This document shows, piece after piece, positions 1 to 9,485 of a stretch of DNA of 64,000 bases (its first letter is position 1; each line of letters begins with the position of its first letter). The stretch is from a bacterium (GTDB lineage Bacteria; UBA8248), in assembly GCA_965261085.1 (NCBI GenBank), contig OZ253442.1, positions 2,272,001-2,336,000 on the forward strand. The letters are read 5' to 3'. The notes under the pieces are model-generated. The model was not told where the DNA came from and ran no database searches. It was given only the letters and a program-made list of their open reading frames with translations. The translations under genes and the position numbers were made by a program.

Positions 1-222
1 GGCCCGGCAAATGTTGTCGAGTAGTTTTTGGCCCAGAGCTTCGCGCTCGTGCGCGCTCGTGGATGCGATGAGCCTTCCGGTGAGTTCGCGCTCTTCCGCC
101 GAGGGTTGGTATTTCAATGCCGATAATTTGTTGGAGCGCGTGAAATCCGGCGTATCGCGGCGTCTGCCCATGAGGGAACCGCTCCCGGGACGAATGCGGG
201 CGGAACGAATCGCAGATGTCAT
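1..222 (-). CDS. Hypothetical protein, N-terminal part (runs off window start)
   Basis: Open minus-strand frame from ATG at 222 (alternative 171) to position 1: MTSAIRSARIRPGSGSLMGRRRDTPDFTRSNKLSALKY...; co-oriented with the preceding minus-strand genes. The + ORF 11..286 is probably its antisense shadow. Confidence 0.4.
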   Translation of the reverse strand, partial: MTSAIRSARIRPGSGSLMGRRRDTPDFTRSNKLSALKYQPSAEERELTGRLIASTSAHEREALGQKLLDNICRA

Positions 223-282
223 GGGCGGTCGAGCGTCATTATACGAGAATCAGGCACCCGTTGCGAGACCCTTGTTTAAGAA

Positions 283-1320
283 CTAGTCGTTCTCGAGAAT
301 CTCCTCGATTGTCACGATCCGCCTCTCGGCGTTGCTCTTGAGAATCGCCCGCATGATGGCGAGCGCGCGCACCCCGTGGCGCCCGGTGACTTCGGGGTCT
401 CTTTCTTCTCGAATTGCGCCGACCAGATCCTCGAATTGCTCGCGGTTGGCCAGGAGTCTCCCCTCCACGAGGTCGTGGTCGAGTTCTACGGTTTCGGTTT
501 CGAGGCCGCCCATCAGGTCGATGGGCCGCTTGAGAGTCGGGTTTTCCGTCGTGGAGAGGCTCAGGTTCGCTTCGGTGCCTTGAATGTCAAAAGCGAAATG
601 GAACGGGGCGAGATAGCTGCTGGAGATGACGCCCATGAGCCCGCTCTTGAAACGCAGAATGGCGGCGGCGGCATCTTCCTGTGGGTTGGGGCCGCCTACC
701 TTGGCGCATGAGGCGCTCACATCGTCCACGTCGCCGAAGAGGTATTCCATCACGTCACCTAAGTGAATGGTGTAGCTGTAGAGCGGACCTCCCGGGTTTT
801 CCGTGGCGTCCCACCGCATGCTCTTAGGGCCTGCGGTGAAGCCGTGGTTGTTCGAGAACGTGGCGATCGTGTAGTTCACCAGGCCCAGATTTCCGCTTTC
901 CACGATTTCCTTCGCCTTGCGGAACATCGGCCAGCGCCTGAAGTTCTGCCCCATGTGGAGTTTCACCCCAAAATCCTTGCACGCCTGATCGACTGCTTTG
1001 GCGTCGGAGACGCTCAGCGCCATGGGTTTTTCCAGATGGACGTGCTTGCCCGCCCGGGCGGCGGCTATGGCGATTTCCTTGTGTACGGAGTTCGCCGTGG
1101 CGATGACGACGGCCTCGGTTTCCGGGTCGGCCATCACCTCGTCGAGGGAGGCGAAATTCTGGCCGCCGTATTTGCCCACAAATTCCTCGCGGGAGGAGGG
1201 CGTGCGGGCGAAGCCGCCGGTTATTTCCACTTTCCCGGAGGCGAGGGCGGCGTCGGCGAGCACGGCGCCCCACCAGCCGAGCCCGATGAAGGCCATGCCG
1301 ATTTTCGGTGCATCATTCAT
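283..1320 (-). CDS. Gfo/Idh/MocA family oxidoreductase
   Basis: N-terminal GLGWWG Rossmann motif, AGKHVHLEKPMA signature, IHLGD; AGGAG RBS. Confidence 0.9.
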   Translation of the reverse strand: MNDAPKIGMAFIGLGWWGAVLADAALASGKVEITGGFARTPSSREEFVGKYGGQNFASLDEVMADPETEAVVIATANSVHKEIAIAAARAGKHVHLEKPMALSVSDAKAVDQACKDFGVKLHMGQNFRRWPMFRKAKEIVESGNLGLVNYTIATFSNNHGFTAGPKSMRWDATENPGGPLYSYTIHLGDVMEYLFGDVDDVSASCAKVGGPNPQEDAAAAILRFKSGLMGVISSSYLAPFHFAFDIQGTEANLSLSTTENPTLKRPIDLMGGLETETVELDHDLVEGRLLANREQFEDLVGAIREERDPEVTGRHGVRALAIMRAILKSNAERRIVTIEEILEND

Positions 1321-1397
1321 CTATTGCTCCTTGGCGTATGAAAACATGTGTGCATTTCACCAAAAGCGAGTGGAGGAGGCACAAGTGCCGATGCGCT

Positions 1398-2165
1398 CTA
1401 GCGGCCCTGCCATTCGGGTTTTCTCTTCTCCATGAAGGCCGCGAGGCCCTCCTGCGTGTCCCGGGAGGTTTGGAGACGGAAGCTGATGAGTTTGGCCATG
1501 GCGATGCCCTCGCGCACGTCGGGCGTTCTCAGACCCTTGATCACCGCCTCTTTCGTGTGCCGGACGGAGAGCGGCGCGTTCTCGTTGATGAGAGCGGCCA
1601 TGGCGCGCGCCTCGTCCATCAGTGCGTCTTGGGGCACCACCTTGTTCACCATGCCCCAGCGCGCGGCCTCATCCGCCGGGATGTTCCTGCCGGTCAGCAT
1701 GAACTCCATGGCGATGCCGGGCGGGATGGTTTTGGGCATCCTCTGGTGACCGCCGAGGCTCATCGCGCCGTACTTGGGCTGGGGATAGCCGAAAACGGCG
1801 TTCTCCGAAGCGATCCGGATGTCGCACGAGAGCGCCAGCGAACAGCCCCCGCCATAGGCGTAGCCGTTCACCGCGGCGATGATGGGCTTGTAGATCTCGA
1901 GTTCGCCGTACCACATCGTGGGCGATTCGTGATCCTCGTACTGGCCTTTGCTCTCCACGATCATGTTGAGGTCATGGCCGGCGCAGAATGCGCGATCGCC
2001 CGCGCCGGTGACGATGGCCGTCCACGCCTCATCGTTTTTCGCGAATTTCTGCCAGACGTCATACAACTCACCCACCATCTCCTCGGTATAGGAGTTGAGC
2101 TTCTCGGGCCGGTTCAGGGTGATGGTGGCGATTCTGTCTTTCACGTCATATATGATGAGACTCAT
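1398..2165 (-). CDS. Enoyl-CoA hydratase/isomerase (crotonase) family
   Basis: ATITLNRPEKLN, AFCAGHDL, KPIIAAVNGYAYGGG, AFMEKRKPEW. Start set at MSLIIY after a GGAGG RBS; the track's N-terminal extension is spurious. Confidence 0.9.
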   Translation of the reverse strand: MSLIIYDVKDRIATITLNRPEKLNSYTEEMVGELYDVWQKFAKNDEAWTAIVTGAGDRAFCAGHDLNMIVESKGQYEDHESPTMWYGELEIYKPIIAAVNGYAYGGGCSLALSCDIRIASENAVFGYPQPKYGAMSLGGHQRMPKTIPPGIAMEFMLTGRNIPADEAARWGMVNKVVPQDALMDEARAMAALINENAPLSVRHTKEAVIKGLRTPDVREGIAMAKLISFRLQTSRDTQEGLAAFMEKRKPEWQGR

Positions 2166-2310
2166 CAGGAATCCTCCCTGCAGGTTTGATAAATGTGCTC
2201 TTATGTATTCGTTGGGCTGAAAGTAGCGAGGCCGGGCCTTCAAGTCAATGATGCGGGGATTCCACCCGCATTTCCGCTCGTTCGTGAAACCCCGCCCATC
2301 CGGCGTTTTC

Positions 2311-2339
2311 TTGACAGGTTCCGGCGCGGGTGTTAGCGT
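2311..2339 (+). promoter_or_regulatory. Sigma70-like promoter upstream of the M24 peptidase
   Basis: TTGACA, 17-nt spacer, TAGCGT, with an extended -10 TGn. Confidence 0.5.
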
Positions 2340-2426
2340 CGCCGCGAATTTTCCATTTTCTGAATAATCTTTTGTGGACTTGATATTTTCAGGCCGAAAT
2401 CTTTGTTTTTCGAGGAGGAAGACGCA

Positions 2427-3665
2427 ATGACGGACTACCCCACGTGGGCGCGCGGCTCGATGATGGTCGACTGGGAGCACCGCATCGACATGGATCGCAT
2501 GCGCAGAGAACGCGTAGAGAAGACCCAGGCGGCGATGAAGGAACAAGGCATCGACGCCCTCATGCTCTGGAAGGATGAGAACGTGCGCTATCTGACCAGC
2601 GCGCGCGTCATCATGATTCAGTACAGATCATCCACCACCTACGGCGTGCTGCTGAGGCAGGAGGGAAATCCGACGCTGCTCGCCTCAAGCGGCGAGGCGC
2701 ACCGCATCGAGGAGTGCATGCCCTGGATCGACGACTACGTGCCCATCGGCATCCTTGAGGAGCCGGGCCTCGTGGAGCACACGGTGGGCACCGACATCAA
2801 GAATCGCTTTGACGACTGGGGGGTTTCGAACGGCACCATCGGCCTCGATGGCCACACGTTCACCCAGCGGGCGATGATCGAAAAATACTTTCCAGAAGCC
2901 ACCTTCGTGGACGGCGAGCAGTTCATGTACATGAGCAGGGTGCAGAAGACGCTGGATGAGATCGCCTGCCTCCATCAGGCGTGCGCGATTGCCGACGCAG
3001 TGACCATCACGGCGCTCAACCATGCCGTGCCGGGCGTGCGCGAGTTCGACGTGGCGGCAGAAGCGATGAAGACGCTCTTCACCCACGGCGGTGAGTTCGG
3101 GCATCTGGCGTCCCCGTTCGTCGCCTCAGGCGAGCACATGGCGCCGCCGACGCGCTTTCCCACCGATAAGATCATCAGGAACGCAGACATCGTCTTCATC
3201 GACATCGGCGCCTGCTGGAACGGCTACTTCGGCGACTGCGGGCGCGCGATGATAGCAGGCGGCCCGCCCCATCCCATGCAGCGCAAGGTGTATACGACCG
3301 TGTACAAGGCGCTCAAGGCGGGAATCGCCAAGATGCGCCCCGGATATACGAACGACGACTCGGCGGCGGAGTTCCTGGAAGTGGCGCGCTCCGCAGGTCT
3401 CGAGGATAACTTCATCAAACTCTTCATCGGGCACGGCTGCGGCATCTCGCCCAACGAACCTCCCTATGTGGGCGAGGTGATGCCCGGAGCCGAGAGCGTG
3501 GATTTCGTGCCGGGGATGACGTTCGCCATCGAGCCGCTGATTTTCGTGCCGGGTATTCCGGGCGGGGCCGGCGTGCGCATCGAGGATCATATTCTCATCA
3601 CCGAGGATGAACCCGTCTACATGACGCGCGCTCCCTATTGCGAGGAACTGATAATTCAGGATTGA
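2427..3665 (+). CDS. Xaa-Pro peptidase / creatinase-like M24 family hydrolase
   Basis: Creatinase_N-like N-terminus; metal ligands FIDIG, YFGD, IGHG, AIEP, RIED; GAGGAGG RBS. Confidence 0.88.
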   Translation: MTDYPTWARGSMMVDWEHRIDMDRMRRERVEKTQAAMKEQGIDALMLWKDENVRYLTSARVIMIQYRSSTTYGVLLRQEGNPTLLASSGEAHRIEECMPWIDDYVPIGILEEPGLVEHTVGTDIKNRFDDWGVSNGTIGLDGHTFTQRAMIEKYFPEATFVDGEQFMYMSRVQKTLDEIACLHQACAIADAVTITALNHAVPGVREFDVAAEAMKTLFTHGGEFGHLASPFVASGEHMAPPTRFPTDKIIRNADIVFIDIGACWNGYFGDCGRAMIAGGPPHPMQRKVYTTVYKALKAGIAKMRPGYTNDDSAAEFLEVARSAGLEDNFIKLFIGHGCGISPNEPPYVGEVMPGAESVDFVPGMTFAIEPLIFVPGIPGGAGVRIEDHILITEDEPVYMTRAPYCEELIIQD

Positions 3666-3685
3666 GCAGGCGTTGACCTGAATCG

Positions 3686-3717
3686 GCGCCCCTGGCGTGA
3701 GGTCAGGGGCGCTTTTT
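3686..3717 (+). terminator. Rho-independent terminator-like hairpin
   Basis: GCGCCCCTG-N9-CAGGGGCGC followed by TTTTT. Confidence 0.6.
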
Positions 3718-3738
3718 CATTATGAGACGAGGCATGCG

Positions 3739-4596
3739 TTGACAGAGATTCCCCTGGCCGTTGCGGCGTCGGCTTTTTTCGCGCTGACGTTCATCTTCTC
3801 GCGCTTGGCGACGCGGGAGGCGACGCCCGTGTTCGGCGGGTTCGTGGCCTCGGCCGTGGTGGCGCTGCTCTATCTGCCCTGGATAGCGGTGAGCGTGCCG
3901 ATGAGCGCTTTCGCCAACCCGCACCTGCTTTGGTTCGTGGGACTCGGCGTAATCACCCCCAGCATATCGAGGACGTTTCAGTTCGCGGGCGTCCAGCGCA
4001 TCGGGGCGGCGCCTTCGGGAATCCTGCGCGGTCTGGGACCGCTCTTTTCGAGTACGCTGGCCGTCTTGCTTCTCGGCGAGCAGCTCACGCCTGTCCTCGC
4101 TATGGGAACCGCGCTCATCGTCTTCGGCATCGTCGTCTTGTCGATCAGCAAAGATGAGATTCGCTCGTGGGCTCTCACCGGAATCGCCTACGCCATCGGG
4201 GCCACGCTCATATGGGTCATGCGCGACCTCATCATCCGCTACTCCTCGCCTGATGTGCCCTACAAGACGCTGGCGATTTTCGTGATGGCGGGAACGTCGA
4301 GCATCGTCATGGCTTTTGTCCTGGCGAATTCCAAAAGGGCGCGCGAGGACTTCACCGGAAAGGGCCTCTTTTATTTCGTGCTAGTGGGCGTCGCGAGCTT
4401 CTCGGCGCTGACGGCGCTTTTCTTCGCCCTCGAGGAGGGCCGCATCGTCGTCGTGTCGCCAATCACCTCGGCCCAACCCTTGTTCGTGCTGCTCTTCTCG
4501 CGTTTCTTGCCGCAAGGCATGGAGACGCTGACGCCGCTCATGGTGCTGGGCGCGGCCTTCATTGTTGCGGGAGGCGCGCTGATTAGCCTCGTGTGA
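3739..4596 (+). CDS. DMT/EamA family transporter
   Basis: About 10 hydrophobic segments in two EamA repeats (LGPLFSSTLAVLLLGE; SAQPLFVLLFS). TTG start chosen downstream of the hairpin; track start is 3697. Confidence 0.85.
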   Translation: MTEIPLAVAASAFFALTFIFSRLATREATPVFGGFVASAVVALLYLPWIAVSVPMSAFANPHLLWFVGLGVITPSISRTFQFAGVQRIGAAPSGILRGLGPLFSSTLAVLLLGEQLTPVLAMGTALIVFGIVVLSISKDEIRSWALTGIAYAIGATLIWVMRDLIIRYSSPDVPYKTLAIFVMAGTSSIVMAFVLANSKRAREDFTGKGLFYFVLVGVASFSALTALFFALEEGRIVVVSPITSAQPLFVLLFSRFLPQGMETLTPLMVLGAAFIVAGGALISLV

Positions 4597-5655
4597 TCAG
4601 TCGGCGAGCCTGTCCTCTAAGCCGAGTCCTTCGGCCATCTCCCTGAGTTGGGCGAGCACGGGCGCGGCGACGGGCACGCCCTCGCGGCGCATTTCTTCTT
4701 TTCTGCGCGCGAGGTTCTCGCCTGGAACCCGGATGGGGCCCTTGCCCTCCATGGGAGCGGAATTCCTGATCTCGCGGATTCTCAAGTCCATCTCCGCCTT
4801 GAAATCATCCAGGTCGCGGAAGATGTCCGGCCGCATGGCGAAAAAGACCTGGCCGGTGTTCGTGGGCGTCTTGAAATCCTTGTTGAAATCGATGACGTCC
4901 GAACCGAAAGCCGCTCCGTTCAGCACGCCGGCGAGCGCGCCGATCATCATGTTCAGACCATAGCCCTTGTGTCCCCCGATGGGGAGCAAAAAACCCTCCT
5001 CGGCCCGCGAGGCGTCCGTGAGGGGTTTTCCGTCCGGGGTCATCATCCAGCCCTCGGGCATCGGCTTTCCCTCCTGGGCGTAGACTTTCACCTTCCCGTA
5101 GGAGGTCTCCGTGGTGGCCATGTCGAGGAGGAAGGGCGGCTCCTCGCCCGCCGGAATGGCGTAGGCGATGGGGTTGGTGCTCAGGAGCATGTCCACGCCG
5201 CCCCAGGGGGGCATGTGGTTGGCGTTGGCGACGGCCATGTACATGCCGATCATCTCGTGCGCGAGGGGCAGGGCGGCGTAGACGCCCGCGGCGCCGGCAT
5301 GGTTTCCGTGGTGTATGCCGATCCACGCCAGCCCGCTTTCTTTCGCCTTTTGGATGGCGAGTTCGGCCGCGTACGTCACGACCACCTGGCCGAAGCCGTT
5401 ATCCCCATCCACCAATGCGCTCACGGGGGTTTCGCGCTCGGCGCGGATGTTAGGCCTCAGATTGTAGCCGCCTTCGCGTATTCTGCGGCAATAGGGAGGG
5501 AGCCTGAAGATGCCGTGTCCGTGCATCCCGTGGAGGTCGGCTTCTATCATGCGGACGGCGCAGATGCGCGCGTGCTCGTCCAGGACGTCGTGCGCTTTGA
5601 GGACGGCGTGAATGAAATTCTCCAGGCGTTCGACGGGGTAGCGCAGCTCGGACAT
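4597..5655 (-). CDS. Ldh_2 family oxidoreductase (malate/L-sulfolactate/ureidoglycolate dehydrogenase-like)
   Basis: ADLHGMHGHG, VDGDNGFG, NHAGAAG, STNPIAY, LDMAT, GHKGYGL, RVPGE motifs. Confidence 0.9.
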   Translation of the reverse strand: MSELRYPVERLENFIHAVLKAHDVLDEHARICAVRMIEADLHGMHGHGIFRLPPYCRRIREGGYNLRPNIRAERETPVSALVDGDNGFGQVVVTYAAELAIQKAKESGLAWIGIHHGNHAGAAGVYAALPLAHEMIGMYMAVANANHMPPWGGVDMLLSTNPIAYAIPAGEEPPFLLDMATTETSYGKVKVYAQEGKPMPEGWMMTPDGKPLTDASRAEEGFLLPIGGHKGYGLNMMIGALAGVLNGAAFGSDVIDFNKDFKTPTNTGQVFFAMRPDIFRDLDDFKAEMDLRIREIRNSAPMEGKGPIRVPGENLARRKEEMRREGVPVAAPVLAQLREMAEGLGLEDRLAD

Positions 5656-5885
5656 GGGGTCTCCTCGATCGACTTGCGGTTTTGAGCCTTACGGGGGGCG
5701 CGTGCGTACAGTCACAACCCCCATTTTCTGTAAAGATTCCTTAAACCCGGGTTTTCTCACTACGTGGTGAGATTTATATGATATATTTTCAAAGGCCGTC
5801 ATGGAAGGCGAATTTAAACACATGAAAAGCATTCGCCTGTTCTGGAGACAAACGCAACTCCAGCCGCCACCCAAGAGGGGATTAC

Positions 5886-6890
5886 ATGAATTACATCAAA
5901 AAGCCCGAGTGGTCGATGCCTGAGCGCGATGCCACGCCGGAATCCGTGTTCTTGAACCGCCGCAATTTTCTGGCGGGCGGCGCGGGTTTGATGCTGAGCC
6001 AGATGGTGACGCCTCCCTACTGGCCTGAGCGCGATGGGCCGCTCGCCATGGCCCAGGCGAAGAAGGCGGGGGCTAACCCTAAGGATCAGACAGTGGGTCT
6101 TTACCCGGCGCGCCGAAACTCCGCTTTCACTCTGGACCGGCCCCTGACGGAAGAGAAAGTGGCCGCCGAGTACAATAATTTTTATGAATTCGGCGGCTCC
6201 AAGACAATCTCCTGGCTGGCCAAGCGCATGGAGACGCGCCCCTGGCAGGTGGAGGTGAAAGGCCTCGTCAAGAAGCCGAAAATCTATGACATCGATGAGT
6301 TGATAAAAGGCATGACGCTCGAGGAGCGGCTTTATCGTTTCCGCTGCGTGGAAGCATGGGCGATGGCCGTTCCGTGGACGGGTTTCAAGATTTCCGAGTT
6401 GATCAAAAAAGTGGAGCCCACGAGCAAGGCGAAATACATCCAGTTCACGACTTTCCTGAACCGCAAGGTGGCGCTCGGGCAACTCCAGGTCTGGTACCCG
6501 TGGCCTTACGTGGAAGGCCTCACCATGAAGGAGGCCATGAACGATCTGGCGATGATGGGGACGGGCATATACGGGCATCCCCTGCCGCAGCAGCATGGCG
6601 CGCCCTTGCGTTTGGTGGTTCCCTGGAAGTTTGGGTTCAAGAATGTGAAATCCATCGTCTCCATCGAATTCACCGATAAGCGGCCCCGCACGTTCTGGGA
6701 GAGAGCGGCCCCCAGCGAATACGGCTTCTGGGCCAACATCAACCCGAAGTTTGATCACCCCAGGTGGTCCCAGGCCACTGAGCGCATGCTGGGAACGAAC
6801 AAGAGAAGGCCGACGCTCCTGTTCAACGGCTATGCGAAATGGGTGGGAGATATGTATCCGGACATGAACGACCGGAAGTATTTCATGTAG
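5886..6890 (+). CDS. msrP: Protein-methionine-sulfoxide reductase catalytic subunit MsrP (YedY), molybdoenzyme
   Basis: Tat motif NRRNFL; YNNFYEFG; EERLYRFRCVEAW (Mo-ligand Cys); GAPLRLVVPWKFGFK; HPRWSQATER. Confidence 0.95.
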   Translation: MNYIKKPEWSMPERDATPESVFLNRRNFLAGGAGLMLSQMVTPPYWPERDGPLAMAQAKKAGANPKDQTVGLYPARRNSAFTLDRPLTEEKVAAEYNNFYEFGGSKTISWLAKRMETRPWQVEVKGLVKKPKIYDIDELIKGMTLEERLYRFRCVEAWAMAVPWTGFKISELIKKVEPTSKAKYIQFTTFLNRKVALGQLQVWYPWPYVEGLTMKEAMNDLAMMGTGIYGHPLPQQHGAPLRLVVPWKFGFKNVKSIVSIEFTDKRPRTFWERAAPSEYGFWANINPKFDHPRWSQATERMLGTNKRRPTLLFNGYAKWVGDMYPDMNDRKYFM

Positions 6891-6923
6891 TGTCCGATTA
6901 CAAAATGTAGCGGCAGGTTTTTC

Positions 6924-7163
6924 GTAGGGGCGATCCTCTGTGTTGTAAACGCCCGTATCGGGAAATACTCCCCCCTTGAGGGGGAGTCGCAGAGGCCGAG
7001 CAGTTTTGTACGAAGGCTGATGCGGTGGGGGGTATGATTCTAAAATAAAAGCTCCCCCCACCGGCTCGCTTGCGGGCTGCGCCCTTATCTTGCCGACTCC
7101 CCCTCAAGGGGGGAGTGGAATAAAACCCTGTTTTTCCGTAAGGGCGGATCTTTGTGTCCGACC
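6924..7163. repeat. Composite palindromic repeat: 150-bp MITE/REPIN-like element (6967-7116) flanked by GTA(G)GGGCG REP-like hairpins
   Basis: Perfect 23-bp inverted repeats ACTCCCCCCTTGAGGGGGAGTCG (6967-6989) and its reverse complement (7094-7116); inner CGGTGGGGGG/CCCCCCACCG pair; REP-like motifs at 6924 and 7138; lies between convergent genes. Confidence 0.75.
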
Positions 7164-7175
7164 GGTTTTCATTGG

Positions 7176-8399
7176 CTACGTTTTCAGGGCCTGTTCCAGA
7201 TCCTCGATTAAATCATCCGCATCCTCGATGCCCACCGACAGCCGGATCAGGGTATCGCTGATGCCCAGCGCTTTTCTGCTTTCTTCGGTGAGAGAAGCGT
7301 GGGTCATGATGGCGGGATGCTCCACCAGGGATTCCGTGCCTCCGAGGCTCTCCGCCAGGGTGAATAGCTGAACATTTTCCAGGAATCTGCGCGCCTCGGC
7401 CATGCCCCCTTTGAGGTAGAACGCCAGCATGCCTCCAAAACCGCTCATTTGCCTTTTCGCCAGTTCGTGCTGGGGGTGAGATTCGAGCCCCGGATAGATA
7501 ACTTGCTCGACGCCTGCGTGTCCCTCCAGAAACCCGGCGATTTTCATGGCGTTTTCCTGGTGTTTTTCCATCCGTACGGGGAGGGTGTCGATGCCACGCA
7601 TGGTCATGTAGCAATCAAAGGGAGCGGGAGTCGCTCCGAGCGCGTTCTGGTAATGCTTGATGCGCTCATGAAGGGACTGGCTTTTCGTCACGAGCGCGCC
7701 GCCGACGACATCGCTGTGCCCGCCAATGTATTTCGTCGTGCTATGAACGGCAATGTCCGCCCCCAGGGCGAGCGGCCTCTGGAAGTAGGGGCTCATGAAG
7801 GTGTTGTCCACGGCGACGATGGCGCCGTCTTTCCCGTATGTGGAGGCGATGCTGTGGATGTCGGCCATCTTGAGCAGCGGGTTCGTGGGGCTCTCTATCC
7901 AGATGAGCCTCGTGTTTTCCCTGATTTTCCCGGCCAGGGACTCTTCATCCGCCATGTCGACGTAGTCGCACGCGATCCCGAATTTCTCGAACCCCCGGAA
8001 ATCCTTGCCCGTGATGAGGCGGAACGTTCCGCCGTACACGTCGTCCGAGCAGAGCATGTGATCGCCGTGGGAGAGCAGGGCGAAGAGTATCGTGGTGGTG
8101 GCGCCGAGACCTGAGGAAAACGCCAGTCCGTGGCATTCGGTTTCCTCATTGTCTGGACGTTCGAGGCCGGCGATGTTTCGCTCCAGGGCCTCTCGCGTCG
8201 GATTGCCCGAGCGCGAGTATTCAAAATCGCCTACGGGCTCGCCGGGCGTATGCTGCTTGAACGTGCTGCTCAAGCAGATGTCGGGCTTCACGGCGCCGGT
8301 GAGTTCGTTGGGTTCTTTTCCGTAGTGGACCGCTCTGGTGGATATTTTCATTTTACTCCCGGAAGGCGAGGGGGCGGTTTCGGTTTCCGCTTCGATCAC
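7176..8399 (-). CDS. Cystathionine gamma-lyase/synthase (PLP trans-sulfuration enzyme)
   Basis: YSRSGNPTR, ESPTNP, VDNTF, HSTTKYIGGHSD (PLP Lys), LAESLGG, RLSVGIE; translationally coupled to the upstream CBS gene. Confidence 0.92.
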   Translation of the reverse strand: MIEAETETAPSPSGSKMKISTRAVHYGKEPNELTGAVKPDICLSSTFKQHTPGEPVGDFEYSRSGNPTREALERNIAGLERPDNEETECHGLAFSSGLGATTTILFALLSHGDHMLCSDDVYGGTFRLITGKDFRGFEKFGIACDYVDMADEESLAGKIRENTRLIWIESPTNPLLKMADIHSIASTYGKDGAIVAVDNTFMSPYFQRPLALGADIAVHSTTKYIGGHSDVVGGALVTKSQSLHERIKHYQNALGATPAPFDCYMTMRGIDTLPVRMEKHQENAMKIAGFLEGHAGVEQVIYPGLESHPQHELAKRQMSGFGGMLAFYLKGGMAEARRFLENVQLFTLAESLGGTESLVEHPAIMTHASLTEESRKALGISDTLIRLSVGIEDADDLIEDLEQALKT

Positions 8400-9406
8400 T
8401 AGGACGCGCTCTTTGGCGCCGGCTCCTGTTCCATCTCCTCCTCATCCATGAACGAGTTGGCCGCCATCCATTCGTCTGAGAATATCTTACTGAGATAAAA
8501 CATGCCCGAATCCGGCATCAGGGTGACGATTCTCTCCGGTTTCTCGAGGGATTCCGCATACCGCACGGCGCCTGCCACTGCGCCGCCCGCCGAACCGCCC
8601 ACCAGGATTCCTTCTTCTCTCGCCAGCCTGCGCGCCATCAGGAGGCATTCCTTGTCGGTCACGCGAACGACTTCGTCGATGTTCTCGAAACTGAGCGTCG
8701 CGGGCTTGAAGCTCTCCCCGATCCCTTCGGTCTTGTAGGAGCCCGCCTCGGGGTCCGTTTCCCCGTAGAAAAGGCCGTACAGAATCGAACCGATGGGGTC
8801 GACGCCCACGATCTTGATGTCGGGATTCTTCTCTTTCAGGAATCTTCCCGTGCCCGAGATGGTGCCGCCGGTGCCGAGACCGGTGACGAAGGCGTCGAAA
8901 TCTCCTCCCGTCTGACGCCAGATTTCAGGACCCGTCATGCGGTAGTGGGACTCGGGATTGTTGGTGTTGTTGTACTGATTCGCCAGAATAGAGTTGGGTG
9001 TTTCCTCCACGATCCTGCGCGCGACGCAGTAGTGGCTCTCGGGGTCATCGAGCGCCACCGTCGGCGTGACGATGACTCTCGCGCCGTATGCGCGCAGCCG
9101 GTCGATTTTCTCCTGGCTCATCTTGTCGGGCATCACGAAAACACAACTGTAACCCTTGATGGCGGCGACTATGGCGAGCCCTGCGCCGGTGTTCCCCGAG
9201 GTGGCCTCGACGATCGTTCCCCCCGGCTTGAGTTCGCCCTTTTTCTCAGCGTCTTCGACGATCAGCGGAGCGATGCGGTCTTTCACCGAGAGGCCCGGAT
9301 TCATGTATTCAACCTTGACGAACAGTTCCGATTCGACTTCCGCGCCAATGGAGTTGAGCCTTACGATCGGCGTGTCGCCGATGGCCTCCAGAATGTTGTT
9401 CTTCAC
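8399..9406 (-). CDS. Cystathionine beta-synthase / cysteine synthase family protein
   Basis: IGDTPIVRL, NPGLSVKDR (PLP Lys), EATSGNTG, GLGTGGT, PDSGMFYLSKIFSDEW. Confidence 0.92.
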   Translation of the reverse strand: MKNNILEAIGDTPIVRLNSIGAEVESELFVKVEYMNPGLSVKDRIAPLIVEDAEKKGELKPGGTIVEATSGNTGAGLAIVAAIKGYSCVFVMPDKMSQEKIDRLRAYGARVIVTPTVALDDPESHYCVARRIVEETPNSILANQYNNTNNPESHYRMTGPEIWRQTGGDFDAFVTGLGTGGTISGTGRFLKEKNPDIKIVGVDPIGSILYGLFYGETDPEAGSYKTEGIGESFKPATLSFENIDEVVRVTDKECLLMARRLAREEGILVGGSAGGAVAGAVRYAESLEKPERIVTLMPDSGMFYLSKIFSDEWMAANSFMDEEEMEQEPAPKSAS

Positions 9407-9485
9407 CCGGCCACACCCTCAAAAACAGCCTGAAGACTTGAAAACCCCGTACTTGTGAGACGATTATGCGGCATCCGCGCGGCCT

